From Felis catus (lineage: Eukaryota): a stretch of DNA of 64,000 nucleotides. Made by a program: the position numbers and the translations under genes. Below are positions 26,993 to 61,624 of the stretch, one piece after another. Positions within the stretch are counted from its first letter, which is position 1. Each line of letters opens with the position of its first letter. Under the pieces are notes generated by a model. The model was given only the letters and a program-made list of their open reading frames with translations, had not been told where the DNA came from and searched no databases. The stretch lies in NCBI RefSeq assembly GCF_018350175.1, contig NC_058383.1, positions 18,416,001 through 18,480,000 of the forward strand, in the 5' to 3' direction.

Positions 26993-27143
26993 GCAGAGAG
27001 AGAGGGAGACACAGAATCCGAAGCAGACTCCAGGCTCCGAGCTGTCAGCACAGAGCCCGACGCGGGGCTCGAACCCACGAACCACAAGATCATGACCTGA
27101 GCCGAAGTCGGACGCTCAACCGACTGAGCCACCCGGGCACCCC
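26993..27143 (-). mobile_element. Can-SINE lacking its tail end
   Basis: The head is intact; the element stops within the (GA)n tract. Confidence 0.85.
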
Positions 27144-28689
27144 TGAAATACTTAAGTTTTTATTTAAGTATTGAAATGCTATGACGTCTTGGATTTGTTT
27201 GAATAGACAAATATGTCTATTTGTTTAATAGACAAGACAATAATGTGGAAGAAGAAATGAATCAATACTGGGTACCTGTTAATAATTGTGAAAGCTGGGT
27301 GATTGGGTACGTGTTCTAGAAAGTGAGCAGTGCTGTGTACCTTTTAGCGGTTAGGAACTATCACTCTGCCTGGGCAGCAGGACATGCAAGGCTACGGTTC
27401 TCCAGGTCTGTCCGACTCCATCATGCTCTATGGTCTCTTTAGGGCCGCCCTGTCTCTCTCAGAGTGGGCGTACCCATCAGGACCTCTTTCCGTTGTAAGT
27501 GTCAGAAATCCGACTCAGACTTATTGGCTTATGTGGAGAAAGGAACCTATGCCTCACGTGACAGAAAGGTTAAGGGGTTCAGGCACAGCTCGATCCAGGT
27601 GCTCAAATGACGCCAAGAACATGTCAGTCTTCATATCTTGCTTCTGGAGGTGTCTGTGTGGGCTGATTCGGGCCAGCTTTTCCTATACGGTGACAAGATG
27701 GTCACTGCTAGTGCCGGGCTTATAGCCTATCGGCTTACTGACCCCCAGTGGCAAGTGGGCTCTTTTTGCCAGCAGCTCCAACGCGTCTGCTCTGATCACA
27801 TGGCCTTGACTCCAGCGGCCCTCCCTGAACCAATCAGAAAAGATTGCTTTGACTGGGGAGCTGTGGCCCTGCGCCCACCTCGGACCCCCTCTCGAAGTTT
27901 AGAGACTGCCAGCGTGGAAAGGTTGGTTCCCCGAAGGAAAAGGACGCTAAGAGGCTGGGCCAGAAGCACGCCACAGGCACACTGTCCCAACACCCCTCTC
28001 AGGGAGCCGTCTGCCCCTCCTTAGGTACACGAGGAGCCTCGCGGCAGGGCCTTCACCACCCACCACCGGACTGCCTCTCGGGCTTGCGTTCCCCGGACAC
28101 CTGCTTCCCCATAGCCGGTGCCACTGGCCTCACATCTGTCATCTGCAGCAGCCCCATACCTGTCCGTCCCACCACACGCCACACACCTGCTGGGATGTGC
28201 AAGTGGCATCTGCGGTTCCCAGCCTGTCCCTCTGTAGGCCTGTCAGGCTCTCGCTTCCGGGGGGCATGGTTTTCAGGCCTCTGGCCAGTCCACTTGTCTC
28301 CTGCCGGGAAGCGGGGCACTCCAGGGCCGAAGGCAAAGGGTGCCTGGGTCCTCCGTAAAAGGGAGGTGGTATCTGTGTTATAGGGATGAAACGATTTCCT
28401 CAGGATGGACGGATGGGTTTCCTATGCTAAGGATGTAACATATTTATAGTGTTGAGACAGCGCCCGGCACATGGTAGGTGCACAGTAAATGCTGGCTTTT
28501 ATTCTCATCACTTCGGGTGGAGACGACCCGGGGCCGTCCCCGAGCATCCCCGTCCAGTCCGGTCCAGGCCAGCCCAGTGGCAGGCTCTCAGGTACAACAC
28601 CACCCATAGGTTTCTACAATTCAATAATGTGTAGAACACTTTTACGAGTTTTGTCTCATTGGAGCCTTACACCTTTGTGAAGAGGGCAG

Positions 28690-28810
28690 GTCGCACGGTC
28701 TTTGTCCCCCATTTGCAGACGGAGAAACTGAGGTTGTCAGAGGTCGGACCTCATGCCCGAGATCGTGCCGCCAGTCCGTGGTGGAGGTGGGATTTGACCC
28801 CGTCCCTCGA
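28690..28810 (-). mobile_element. MIR
   Basis: Core cccatttgcagacggagaaactgagg. Confidence 0.6.
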
Positions 28811-29914
28811 GGAATCACATCACTGGGCCTTTGCTCGGCTGCCCCTCAGCCCACACGGCCTCCTCCAGTCATGCCTCTCGGCCCCCCTCCCACCTTCTCA
28901 GGCCCAGCCCGGTGCCCCGAAAATAGTGAAAATGATAAGAGCCCACACTTCTTAAGCACTTGTATCTCTCCGGACGAAGTGCATAAGGCCTTGCTTTCCC
29001 CGTAACCTCTTGAGCTGGGTATGAGTCTTACGGAGGGGAGAAACTGGGGCTGAAGGAAGTGAAATAAGCCTGCCTGGGATCACTCAGCAGGGGCAGCCAG
29101 GAGCCCAACTCAGAGAGCAGTCTGACTCTGGGGAAGGCCTCTCGTACCCTCTGCAGCCTCCGTGATCCCTTCTCTGAGTCCAAGGATGACAGTGGCCTCC
29201 CCCTTCCTCTTGAGCAGGAAGTCGGGCTTCTTCCTCTGCTTAGCATCCTAGGAGCCGGCGTTCGTTCGCTCCCCTCCCTCCATCAGCTCTCTGCGGGGCA
29301 GGCACCCGACCCTCCCTGACTCATTCACCTCTGCAACCCCGGGCACGAAGAAGCCTCCGTGATGCCAGAGTATCTCATTCGTTCTCCGCGAGGCAGGCGG
29401 GGCGGAGGCGCTCCCGGATGAAGACACGAGATGCGAGAGGTGGTGACCCTCCCGAGGCCACCGTTTGTAAGTGCAGGAGCCTGGACGAGCCCCTCCCCCT
29501 CCATTCCTTGTCTGGCGGGGGCGGGGGTGGGGTGGGGGGGGTTGCGGAAGGCAGCTCAGCCTCAGCTGGGGGTGGGCGGTGGTGGGGGGGGGGCTGATGG
29601 GCGCTTCTACGAACGCCAGGGACAGGATGGTGAGTGGGCTGGGAGCGGACTGAGGGAGGGAAGAAGGAACAGGGTATTTTTGCATTTTGACATTACAAAA
29701 GCGCCCATGAGATTGTCAGCGACTGGCCGGCAGCATCTGTTTGGGTTCGGAATTGGCAGGCGAGGCCGAGCTGGGCGGAGGGAGGGCGGCCGCGGGCGGG
29801 GGGCGGGGGGGGGGGGGAGGGGGGCGGTGCCTCCGCCCGGAGAAGGGCTATCCCCTTTAAGAGCTCCGCCCAAAGGGGCGCTGCCACCCCGAAGGAGGCG
29901 GGCAGCCGCCGCTT

Positions 29915-30050
29915 CTCATTCATTGTCTTGACAAGAGCATCCTCAGCGGGCAGTCTCTGGCTCCGCCGGCTCCTTCCTCCTCCTCCTCCTCCTCCTCCTC
30001 CTCCTCTCCCTCCTCCATTTGGGGGTGGGTCACTCATCTCCCAGCGGCAG
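29915..30050 (+). other. CORO1A: CORO1A non-coding exon 1 (5'UTR); start approximate
   Basis: Lies in the CpG island and ends at a strong donor, CAG|GTAAGC (30050/30051). Contains a (CCT)n tract like the human 5'UTR as I recall it. Confidence 0.8.
29976..30005. repeat. (CCT)n tract in the CORO1A 5'UTR
   Basis: Read directly from the sequence. Confidence 0.9.
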
Positions 30051-31594
30051 GTAAGCCTGGGTCCCCGGGCAAGGGACTAGGCATCCCTGCCCCGGGCCAC
30101 CTGTGGGGCCGGCGTCAGCTTGGCGGAAGCCGGCTGTGGGGGCGGCCGGGCTGTCGCGCGCCGCCCGGGGGTGGGAGAGAGCCCACCGTCCGCGCCGCCG
30201 TGGAGGGGACTGGCCCCGGGGGTGGGCGTGCGTGGGAGGGCCCATCCGCGTGTCCCAGGGCGCTGTGAGCAGGCCAGGGTGAGGGACCACCGCAGCCAAG
30301 ATGGAGGTGGGGGAGCCGGGGGCCTGACGCTCCCCGGAACGGGCATCGGGGGTGGGGGTGGGGACAGGGTGGGGTGCGCCGAGCAGCTGCCCTGAGCCTG
30401 GAGACAGGAAGGGGTTGAGAGCAAAACAAGAAAAGATCAAGTTCCCCTTTCCGCGGTTTCTGGGCCTGGTACCTGCGGTGGGGGAGGAGGCAGGGTGGGG
30501 CGCCGGCTTCCTGTCCCCCAACCTCGGTTTTGGGGCTCCCCTCTCCCCAGGCCCAGGTCTCTCACCTGGGACTGATCCCCCTGTTTCCAGACTGCTCCTT
30601 CTCACAATGCTCCTCACCTGCTCTCCGGGCAGGTGGCCCTGGAGCCTCCTGGAACCTCCCAGGCCAGGCCAGGGGGGGGCGGGGGGGGGTGCCTGGGTGA
30701 GAAGGGGTGAAGCTGGGCGGGTGGAGTGGAGGCCTGGCAGGGCGCCCTCTGAGCCGGCAGCGTGGCCCCGCGGCTCAGCAGGAAGGTGATGCAGGTGGGC
30801 GTCAGGATGGGGTCTGGAACCTGGGGAGCCAGAGGCAGTCCCCTTGGCTTTAATCGCTCTCCGCCCAGCCATGGTGGGGGAACCGTCTTCACTGGACCTC
30901 AGAGAACTCAGCGCCGCCTCTCCCTGTGGATAGTTTCAGTGCAGGTGGAGACAGTATTTAAGGGCACCTGCTTAGGCAGACTCTAGAAGCAGAGGTGTGG
31001 GAAGGAGATAGTAGCACCCAAGCCATCTGCCTGTTTCTGGTGTCCAGAGACCTGTTGGGGAAGCTGTCTTGACCCCAAGGACCTGCCTCCCAGGCAGGCC
31101 CGCACGCTGCTTCCCTGTGTCTGCGGAGCCCAGTGCCAGCAGGCGATGGGGGGCCAGCCCTGTCCCTGCCTTCAGGAAGCTCCCCATGTAGGTGTGAAGG
31201 ATGTGAGGCCTGGCTGCTGTGACCCACCCTCCAGGCTGTCTACACTGAAGGCCCCAGAGTGTGGGAGTGAGGCCTCAGAGAGGAAGGGCTGTGTCCATCA
31301 GCGGTCGACAAATCGACTTGGTGCTACCCCACACCAGGCTCTGCCCTAGAGGCTGAGGGTACAGACGTGAGGCCTGGGGTGGGTAGAGAAGGTTGGCCTT
31401 GCAGGTTAGCCGGGGGGTGGGGTGGGGGGGTAGGGTGAGAAGGGGTGAGGAAGGCGAGCATGAGGGCAACAGGATGGCAGTTATGGTGGAGGGGGCAGGG
31501 AGCCCAGGGAGATGAATTAGCTGAGACCTTAAAGGCCAGGCGGAGGGGTGTTCTGGGGGGCACAGAGGACACTCTAAGGTCAGAGTTGACCTGA

Positions 31595-35419
<3,825 letters not shown>

Positions 35420-35424
35420 TAAAA

Positions 35425-35430
35425 AATAAA
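35425..35430 (+). terminator. CORO1A polyadenylation signal AATAAA
   Basis: AATAAA about 90 nt after the stop codon, followed by a T-rich stretch. Confidence 0.85.
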
Positions 35431-38400
35431 ATGGCTTTATTTTCTGGTACCTCTCAGACTCTGATGGCCACCTGAATGCTGGGTCTGCTGAAATGACCTG
35501 CCCGTGAGCTTCCCCCTCAGTTACCTTGTGAGATTGGCCCATAGCAGGAGCCGGGGAATGCCTCCAAATACCCTAGACCACAGGAACAGGCCTTGGTGGG
35601 TGGGAGCCCCCACGCTGATGTGGGCTGCGAGCCTACTCTTTTCCAGCTCCTTCGCAGAGCTGGCAGGGTCTGAGCCGCTCAAGGCCCTTGCCACGGTTAC
35701 TCAGGATTTGTCTTTTCTAGTCAACCACAACAACACGCCACCTTACTGTCAGTATGGGTATGGCTGGTGGGGAACTGAAACTGACGTGACACTTACACAG
35801 CACTGACATCTTTCAAACTGCAAGCTGGAGGGAGCAAAATCAGGGGATCTTTTGTGAGGAAAAAGCTTAGAACTCAACCCTGTTTTACAGGTGAGGAAAC
35901 TGAGGCACAGAGCAGGAGAGAGGGGCTTGCTGAAGGCAGATCTGGAGGCATGAGCTGTCTCTCCTTCTGGTCCCCAGCCTTCCCTGCGGTGCTGCTGCCT
36001 CTCAACCCCTTTCTCCGGTTCCCAGCAGATCCTCCCCGGACAGAAGAGACCCGTTAGGCCCTATCAAGTGGGGGCTTACACGTGGGTTTCTGAAGACCAC
36101 CTTAGCGGGCGACCTCAAGCTAGGGCACGGTTATGAGGGATGGCTGTCCTGGCCACAGCAGAGCTTTCTTCATACCACACAGGGAGCCCAGCAAGGACCC
36201 AGCGCCTCAACCACAGTCCCCGCCCCTTCTTCAGCTACCTAGGTAGACAGGCAGCTGATAAGACATCCCTGTCCATCCATTTGGGTCTCAATCTCTTTGC
36301 AAGCCATGTGACCCTGGGCAAGTCACTTCCCTCCAGGCCTCAGCTGCTCTCTAAAGTGGGGAGGGTTGTTAGCAAGGCAGCTCTGTGAACGTAATGGGTG
36401 GATCCAATCAGGGGTGTGATAGAGAATCAGAAAATCTGGAACCTGGGCCCCTGAAAGTGACGTTCCTTCCCTGAGCCTCTCCTGCACAATGGGGATGATG
36501 CGCCCTGCTGGCAAAGTAGGCTTGAGTACTCTGAGTCACTAGTTCCCCTCCTGGCCCGAGGGATCTGGAAAAGTTCGGGAAAGGATTATAGAAACCCAGA
36601 AGGGTTAACCGTCACCACCAGGACTTCTAGCTTTACCAGCCCATTCTCCCTCTGATAGGAAAGAGGCAGGTACGAGGCAGGATGGAGGTTACTTAGGGGC
36701 CAAGAAATTGGCCCTGAAAACACAGGGGAACAGAGTGACGGGAGGCTTGAAAACCGCAATCCTTCGCTCCTGAAGGGCCCTGGTCCCATCTGGGTTACCT
36801 GCTACCCACCTGGGTCCTGGGGACCTCATCTGTGCCAGGCCTTACCAACCCTGGCACCTGCATTTAAGATTGATACTAGGGGCACCATGTACCCCAATCT
36901 GATGGCTCAGATGGCTTTATTTTCCCTTAACTCTATCCCAGCTCCTGTCCACAGCTCCATTACCGAAGTCCTCATGGTCTCTCCAGGAGCAGGTGTGGCC
37001 ACATCGAGCCCTGGGCTAACCGGGTCACTGGACTTTCTCCAGTGGGCCAGAAAGCATCAACGTTCCAGGTGTTGGGGAGGCCCTGCTGTGGTACCACATG
37101 CTGTGAGGCTACCAAGGGCTGGGTAACCTGCAGGGAGGTCCCCCATCCACCTCCGACACTGGGGTGACGTTGAGGAGCGGGGGAGGTCTGTTACGTTGGC
37201 CAGTGTCCTGAAACTCTGGGTACTTTTTCATCTGTGCGCCTTAAAAACTGGCAGAGGGCAGGAGCCCCCAGTAATGGCCAATGAATAGTAGCAGTATTTC
37301 TAGGGCTCTACCAAGAGTTACAGAGAAGGTTTGTGTGGCCTGCCCTGGAAGAGACTTCATTTTATAGGTGGGGGCACAGAGGCCTATGGATCTACTTAAG
37401 AAAGCAACAGAGCTCACAAGAAAGGAAACAAACTGAAAGTCTGTTTAGGTACAAAGTCTGTTGCCCTTAAGACTTTGCTTCCTGCCTTCCATTTATAACC
37501 AAGAATAAAACTACCAAGAAATAGAAAGAAAAAAAAATGAGACTAAAAAAAAGAACAATAAAATTAACAATAAGAGGTAGAGCAGTATCTTAGGCTAGTA
37601 TGCAGTATGTAGTTCAGATTTCAAACTTAAAAATTGATGCTAAGAGTATCGGATTGATTTTTGCAATTGCATTTAAGTACGTTGTATGTATGTGTATGTG
37701 TGCATACGTTACATATATGTGTTTAATGTATAAATATGTGTGTGTGTGTGTACATACACACACACACACATATTTATACATTAAACACAGATATCATTTA
37801 AGCAACTGAAGTGTCGGGGGAGGCATCCAAATCCAGGTGGGTAAATAGGTTTGAAAAGCAATAGAATGAAATTTTCTACAAGGTTCCGCAGCTTGAGGGA
37901 CCGACCTTCACCTCAGTCTGTAAAGCAGTGCCTTCCGCAGGGGGTCATTATGAGGGTTGTAGGCGTTCCGTTCCTATCGGTCAAGCATTTGGAATGATGC
38001 CTGGCATTGTAGTCAGCTCTCAGGAGTGTTGATAGAAGTAAAATGAACCTGGCCTTGATCCTCACTGGCTGGGAGAGCGCGGAGGGCCCCTGCCCTTTCC
38101 TTCAGAGGAAGAAATCCCTGGCGGAGAGCATGTCACCCCCTTCCTGTTGCAGGTGGTACTCATGCCTATAGGGCAGAGTCAGTAAATGCTCTCGAGTGAA
38201 TAGGCGGTTGGCCCAGACCAGTGTTTCCCACGGAAGGAATGTGAAATGACTTTAGGTGGCACACAGATGTTTGAAATTTTAATAGTTAGCTATTTATTAT
38301 AGCGTGTGTTAGAAGAAAATCCCAGGTAGCACGTCAGACCCGAGTACTAAAAAAAAGTGAGTTGATTTAAAGGAATGTTACACTGAACAGGTGGTATGTG

Positions 38401-39439
38401 AATGTCATGAAAATTTCAAAAGCAATAGGGATTGACCGAAGACTGCGAAATAGGTCTTCCCAAATCTGAGATTTTTGATGCTTTGGGTTTTAAACAAAGT
38501 CAGGATACACAAAGAGAGGGGCTATTTTCTGGGTTTGGGCAACAGAGGACTGTGGTGGGGACAGACAGACAGACAGCAGCACTAGGTGCACAGCGTCAGT
38601 GTAGAGGCGACCACTGTTCACCTTTTGGTGCCTACTCTGGGAAGTCTCGATATGTATACTGTACATGTATGTATATTCACGTGTACGTATATTCACGTGT
38701 ATATTCATCTAACAGAATTGGGAACATTTTGTACATAGAATTCTGTAGCTTGCTTTGTTCACCTGATAGCGTAACCCCAGGTTCAGTGTTCTTACCGAAA
38801 CCTTTTTGTGTTCATTCTTGGCTATTTCCTTAGGGTTGGCTATTTCCTTAGGGTAAAATCCTAGAAGTGGGATTGTTTGGTCATTGCGTAAATATAACTC
38901 TTCAGCTTTGAGTACTAGCAGCCGAAGTGCCTCGTGGCATGACAGTGACAGTTTACAGTTCTAGCGGCTCAGGTGCCCTCTTTCTCATCCTCACCAAAGC
39001 CGGGTTCTATTAAACGGTTTTGTGGCTGATTTGATAGCAGATTTACTGCTTGCTGTTTCTGCTTTCATTTTGCATTTTTGGGTTTCTTTATTTTGTATAT
39101 TCAGTGATCACTTGGCTCTTCGGTGAACTGCCCATTTTTGGCCTTTCTTCTGGGATATTAGGAATTTTTCCCTTACTGATTTATAAGTTCTTTATGTTTT
39201 AAGGATGTTACTATGTGATGTCACAGGTACTTTTCATCGCTTAGTATTTGCCTCTTATGTTTGCTTATGATATCTAAGCTTACTGTTGCTCATGTGGTGA
39301 AGGCAACACTGTATTTGATCCATGCTGTGACACACGTTCTTCCGTCTTTGCCATCAGCTGTGATTTATTCTCGATGTGTCCCGCGGTCACTGCCAAGTCG
39401 TGTTAGAGTTGTCATTACCTGTGCAAGTGGATGTGGTCA

Positions 39440-39730
39440 TTGTTGCTTGCGGCATGGCCGGAGGACTACACCGTCAGCTCTTGGGTGCTTCTGGCCACGT
39501 GCCTTTTAAGGGCCATTTGCAGAAGGAGCACAAATCCTGATGCTGTTGGAGAACCATCCACTGATACCTCCTGATGAGATCGAGAAAGGCTCAGTAACAA
39601 AACCTGCACCTGGACGGTTGGTAGCGTGGAAGGAAATCTTGGAGAGGATGATGGTGATCTCTTGGGGATGCAGCCTTGCCAATGCCCTTGTCGTCCCGGA
39701 GGTCAATATTGTGTGGAAACTCACAGATAC
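39440..39730 (+). mobile_element. Tc2/pogo-type (Kanga-like) DNA transposase relic
   Basis: Translation PFKGHLQKEHKS*..LLENHPLIPPDEIEKGS...AWKEI...LANAL...NIVWK resembles the C-terminal part of pogo/Tc2 DDE transposases. Confidence 0.6.
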
Positions 39731-41329
39731 CCCAAAAGGGAAGACTTAACCCTCTTATTGCATTCATCCATTTCCTTTCAATCTGTTTAAGTAAGCACAA
39801 AAGGGCTTTTGCAGGAGCGTCTGGCGGCTCAGTCAACAGAGCATGCAACTCTGGATGTGGTTGTGAGTTCAAGCCCCACGTTGCACACAGAGCCTACTTT
39901 AAAACTAATTAAACAAACAAGTAAACGGGCTTTTTCCAACAAGCACAAAATTAAAATTGTAAGCAATAAGAAAAACATTAAGCTAACTAACTGGCAGTTT
40001 CTTCTTTCTTTTTTCAGTCTTATAATTGATAATGTCTTAGATGAAATATGGCATATAGTTCATGGAGAAAAAGTTTAAAACATAGAGATAAATTAAAACA
40101 CACACACACACCCCCCAGAAATCGCCAGTTCCCTAGTACTCGTCTGTAGATATGCACATACACGTGTTCACAGGCACGTTGGCTACATAGGTTTTTGGCC
40201 TAACATTTTTCCCTTCACGGTGTCTTGAACATCTTGGCATGTCTGGTCCTTCTAGTTCATGTCTGAGATGACCGGTTAGTGTTTCCTTGTGTGGATCCAC
40301 CATGTTCAGCTGGGCTCCCAGGGGTGACAGAATTCTAAGCTCTGAAACAGGTTGCCCATCTCCCTTTGGAACTCCCCATCAGCAGTGCCTGCTAGTTCTT
40401 TGACCCTTAACCTTCTTAGCAGTGCTCTGTAAATCTGCTCATGTTAGCCACTCTGAAGGGCAGATCAGTGACATCCTTTTCCTCCCAGAAACCACTGGCA
40501 GTCTTCTAGATCTGGAGACCGGAAGGAGATGCATGTTGGAAACATTAGGAAGCAGGAGTCGTAAGGACTCGTGACCGGATACGTCTGTGTTCTGTCCCCA
40601 CCTGTTACGTTTGTGCACCTCGCCGTGGTTTGGGGCCGCTGCACGTGGCTGCCGAGGTCTCTCCCTGGCTCCCACCACCCGCCTCTCTAGTTTCTCCTGT
40701 TTCTCCGCTGTTCTCCAGCCTCCCTACCGACTTTGTTACTGGAACATTCCAAGGCGGTTCCTGTCCAGAGCATTTCTGTCTGCTCTTCCTCCTGTCTAGA
40801 ACGCCTTTTGCACAGCTTTCTCCAGTTGTGTAAGGACCCAACTCAGCCCGTTCCCTTTTCAGAGAGGCTTTCCCTCTCACATTCTCTAACGTAGGTCCAT
40901 CCGTCCTCCATGCTGTTGTCCTTCATCTGTCACAAGCCCTTCCTTCTCTTTGTGTCTGGTTCACTACTGTATCCCCAATGGCTGGCACTTAACAGACCCT
41001 CACCAAAGATGGCTTGATGGAATCAATAGTATTAACTTGACGGAGGATACAGCTGAGAGGAGGGGAAACTGCTCCTTGTCATCCAGAGGAGGGCGGTAGT
41101 AAGTCCAACGCAGAGCTTGCGGAGGGGGGCAACTCGATCAGCTTTTCGGCAGGTAGGGCTGCTGGGCTTTGGAGTGAGTGCCTTCTTTGTGGTGCATAGT
41201 CAGGCAGTGGCTTGGTGTTGTTGAAGGATTCTGGCATCGGATGTCAGGGTTGACCAGGTCAGTTCCAAGGCCGCCTCCAACCCTTAGGTCCATGTTTGAT
41301 GTTCGCATCACTAGTCTGTGGTTCTTGGA

Positions 41330-41363
41330 CTGCAGATACGGCCTTTACCACTAGATGGCACTA
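41330..41363 (+). promoter_or_regulatory. CTCF binding motif with upstream module
   Basis: Core CCACTAGATGGCACTA at 41348-41363, preceded by CTGCAGATAC. Confidence 0.7.
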
Positions 41364-41424
41364 GGTGATTCCTTTGAGGCCGGGGCTCCTCAAACCCGCC
41401 AACAGTGAGAACCCCATCTTCTCT

Positions 41425-41735
41425 CTTTTTTTACTTATTGAAGTATAGTCGACATACAATGTCACATTAATTTCAGGCGTGCAACAGAGTGATTTGACAA
41501 ATCTACATATTACTCAGCACTCACCACGGTTAGGTGTCGTTACATCTGTCACCGTACTGTTATAACAGTATTATCGACTGGATTCCCTATATTCCACTTT
41601 TCATCTTTGTGCGTTACTTATATGACTGGAAGTTTGTACCTCTTAAGCCCTCTTTGCCTATTCTGTCCATCCCCCCGTCCCCTCTGGCAACCACCACCTT
41701 GTTCTCTGTGTTTCAGAGTCTATTTTGTTTGTTCG
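41425..41735 (-). mobile_element. L1 3' end fragment
   Basis: T-rich start, then ttattgaagtatagtcgacatacaat...tttcaggcgtgcaacagagtgatttgaca. Confidence 0.75.
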
Positions 41736-42077
41736 GAGAACAGACTTTTCATTGCATTTTACCCCAAACACCCACTTCAACAAAAGCTTCACAAAACCGT
41801 CTTAACTCTTACAGTGTGGAATGCATACTGATATTTTCTATTTCACTCTATTCGACTGCATTTTCACAGATGGAGACTTGCAAACTACTACACTGATTTT
41901 ATTATACGGACGGGTCATAATTCATCGTTTGAAAAGCACCGTTTTAGACAGCTGAGCCTGTTCACCCTTGGAAAACTTGGACAGTCTGGGCCCGTAGCGC
42001 ATCGTGTCCCTTAATGAGTGCTTTGTGCATTTCCGTGCTGACTTGCTGCCTCGAGAAGCCAAAAGTATGTGCTTCCT

Positions 42078-42079
<2 letters not shown>

Positions 42080-42117
<38 letters not shown>

Positions 42118-42118
42118 C
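42080..42118. repeat. (TG)n(CG)n alternating purine-pyrimidine tract
   Basis: Read directly; similar tracts lie at about 49966-49995 and 53464-53506. Confidence 0.9.
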
Positions 42119-43157
42119 GGATGTGTGAACGTGGACATGAGAGAGACTGGGGGGGGATAGGTTTGTACAGGATTAGCACCGACCACAGTCAAGGCAGCGG
42201 TAAGCCTTGTCAGTGGACGTAAAGAGAAGCTATCATATCTGCCTCTGGGAGCTCAGACTCTAGCTGGGTAACAGTCACTCACCCCTTCCCCTCTCCGCTT
42301 GTTCATCAAGAAACACGGAAATGAGCTCATACGCTCAGGATGTCACTTAGGATGCTTCCGGGTGTAGCAGGTAACAGAAGCCTGACTGCGTTTGGTTTAA
42401 GCGATAAAGACATTTGGAAACTCTCCAAATGTCTGTGGAGAGGTAGAGCGGGGTGCAGGCCCACGGTGGCTCGGCCTTAAGGATCCAGGTTTCTTCCATT
42501 ACATGTCCTTGTCCTAAGGCTGGTTCCACTCATGGTTGCCAGAAGACCTGAAATGGTCATTGGGGTTTCAGATCCCTGGCTTAGAACACTAGAGCTTTGA
42601 TTCCCTGTCGTGTGGCCTGGGGAGAGGTTAGGTTACTGTAGCATTTTCCAGGTTGTAGTGCGTGCCAGAGAGGGTAAGCTACAACGGCAGAATTTTCTAG
42701 GTTGTAGCTGTTCTGTTTATTTGTTCCTGGTTTTCCCTTTTACTCCTTAAGGGACGTGAAATGACAGAGCCGGGGGAAATACTTAGGGAGTCATTATCGA
42801 GTTTGACAAAACAATTCTAGATCTTTCCTGTGGACCCAGAACTTCTGGTTGAGTAGGGTTGTCTGAATAGTTCTGGCCAGCGAGTTTGCCGAGTGAATAA
42901 ACGGTTGCACGTCTTCTGGGTGAGGGACGAGGTGAGGTTATATGCTCTCCAGGGTCCTGGGAAAGGAATTAGCAGTCAGAGCAAAGAGAGGTGACACATG
43001 GCCGCCGTGGGAAGGGTGAGAGGAGTGTAAGTGAGCACCTCGGCGGATGGCTGAGTCTGTTTACATTTGTAACGGAGTGCTAAATGGGAGCGTGTTGGCC
43101 TTGTGAAGTAGATGGTTTTCCTCCTTGACCTGGTTCCCGAGAACCTGAATCTACTGA

Positions 43158-60738
<17,581 letters not shown>

Positions 60739-61384
60739 TGAGCAACCTCAGTATAAATTCCCACTCACTCTTTTCCTTCCGCCTCTGGCCACACACACAT
60801 CTCCTTTTTAAATCGATTCTAGCAATTCCCAGCGTTCCTGATTTCTTAACTTCCTGCAAACTCGCAGCCAGGGTTTTTGGAACTTCTCTCTTGGCCTTTA
60901 CAAAAACTTTGTAAAGTTCACATTTGACCGTTGTATTAATTATAGAGTCATAGATCGCGATGGAAGGAATTTTGGCTAACATATGGGTGTCAGGGTAGCG
61001 AACCCTGATTCCTTCCGAGGCAGGCAGGTGATGCAGTGGAGGAAGTTGGCCAGGTGTAAGGCAGACAGGAGTGCTGGGGACTCTGGTGAACCACAGTTCA
61101 CCCCTGCTCGGTGCCACCTCGTTGTTCCCATGTGGACATGGGAGCCTGTAGTTGAGAACCCCCAATTTTTCAGGAGAAGCTACAGTGTAGAATTTTAATG
61201 TAAAATTCCTAATTTGTAAGATCCCCGAGTTTGGCCTGCTGGTTGCGTTTTTCTCTTCTGATGTGGTGGGAAGGCTTCTGTTTTAGAGCTTTGGAATTAT
61301 TCAGCGTGGGTCCGAGTCCTGGCCCTGGCTCTTATGATTGGCCAGGTGCCCTTAGGCAGAATTGTAGGGTGGTTGGGAGTCCAT

Positions 61385-61570
61385 GCTCTGGAGGTAGATT
61401 GCCTAGCTGTGTGACCTGGACAAGTTTCATAACCTCTCCGTGCCGTCTCTTTATCAGGAAAATGAGAATAATAACAGTCCCGACGTTAATAGGGTGTAGT
61501 GAGGAGTAAGCGAGTTAATTTGTACAGGAGCGTTTTCAGGATTGCCCGGCTGCTGAGCAGGTTATTAGCT
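61385..61570 (+). mobile_element. MIR
   Basis: ctagctgtgtgacctggacaagtttcataacctctc...aaaatgagaataataacagt. Confidence 0.65.
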
Positions 61571-61624
61571 GTTATTTGGATCTTTCTGAGCCCCAGGTCC
61601 TTGTTTTTGTTTTCGATTTGTTTT

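Larger units (their letters stand above)
29300..30520 (+). promoter_or_regulatory. CORO1A promoter / CpG island
   Basis: High GC and CpG density, several GGGCGG boxes and G-runs at about 29790-29830, all just upstream of exon 1. Confidence 0.85.

Noticed and set aside
28021..28209. Minus-strand ORF containing EAGVRGT, resembling LCMT1 exon 1 (DEGVRGT)
   Set aside because: It is on the wrong strand and has no flanking similarity (no CEDASLCK), so it is a chance match.
29248..30892. Long ORFs (up to 280 aa) over the CORO1A promoter and intron 1
   Set aside because: Pro/Gly/Arg-rich products expected from stop-poor GC-rich DNA; no recognisable domain.
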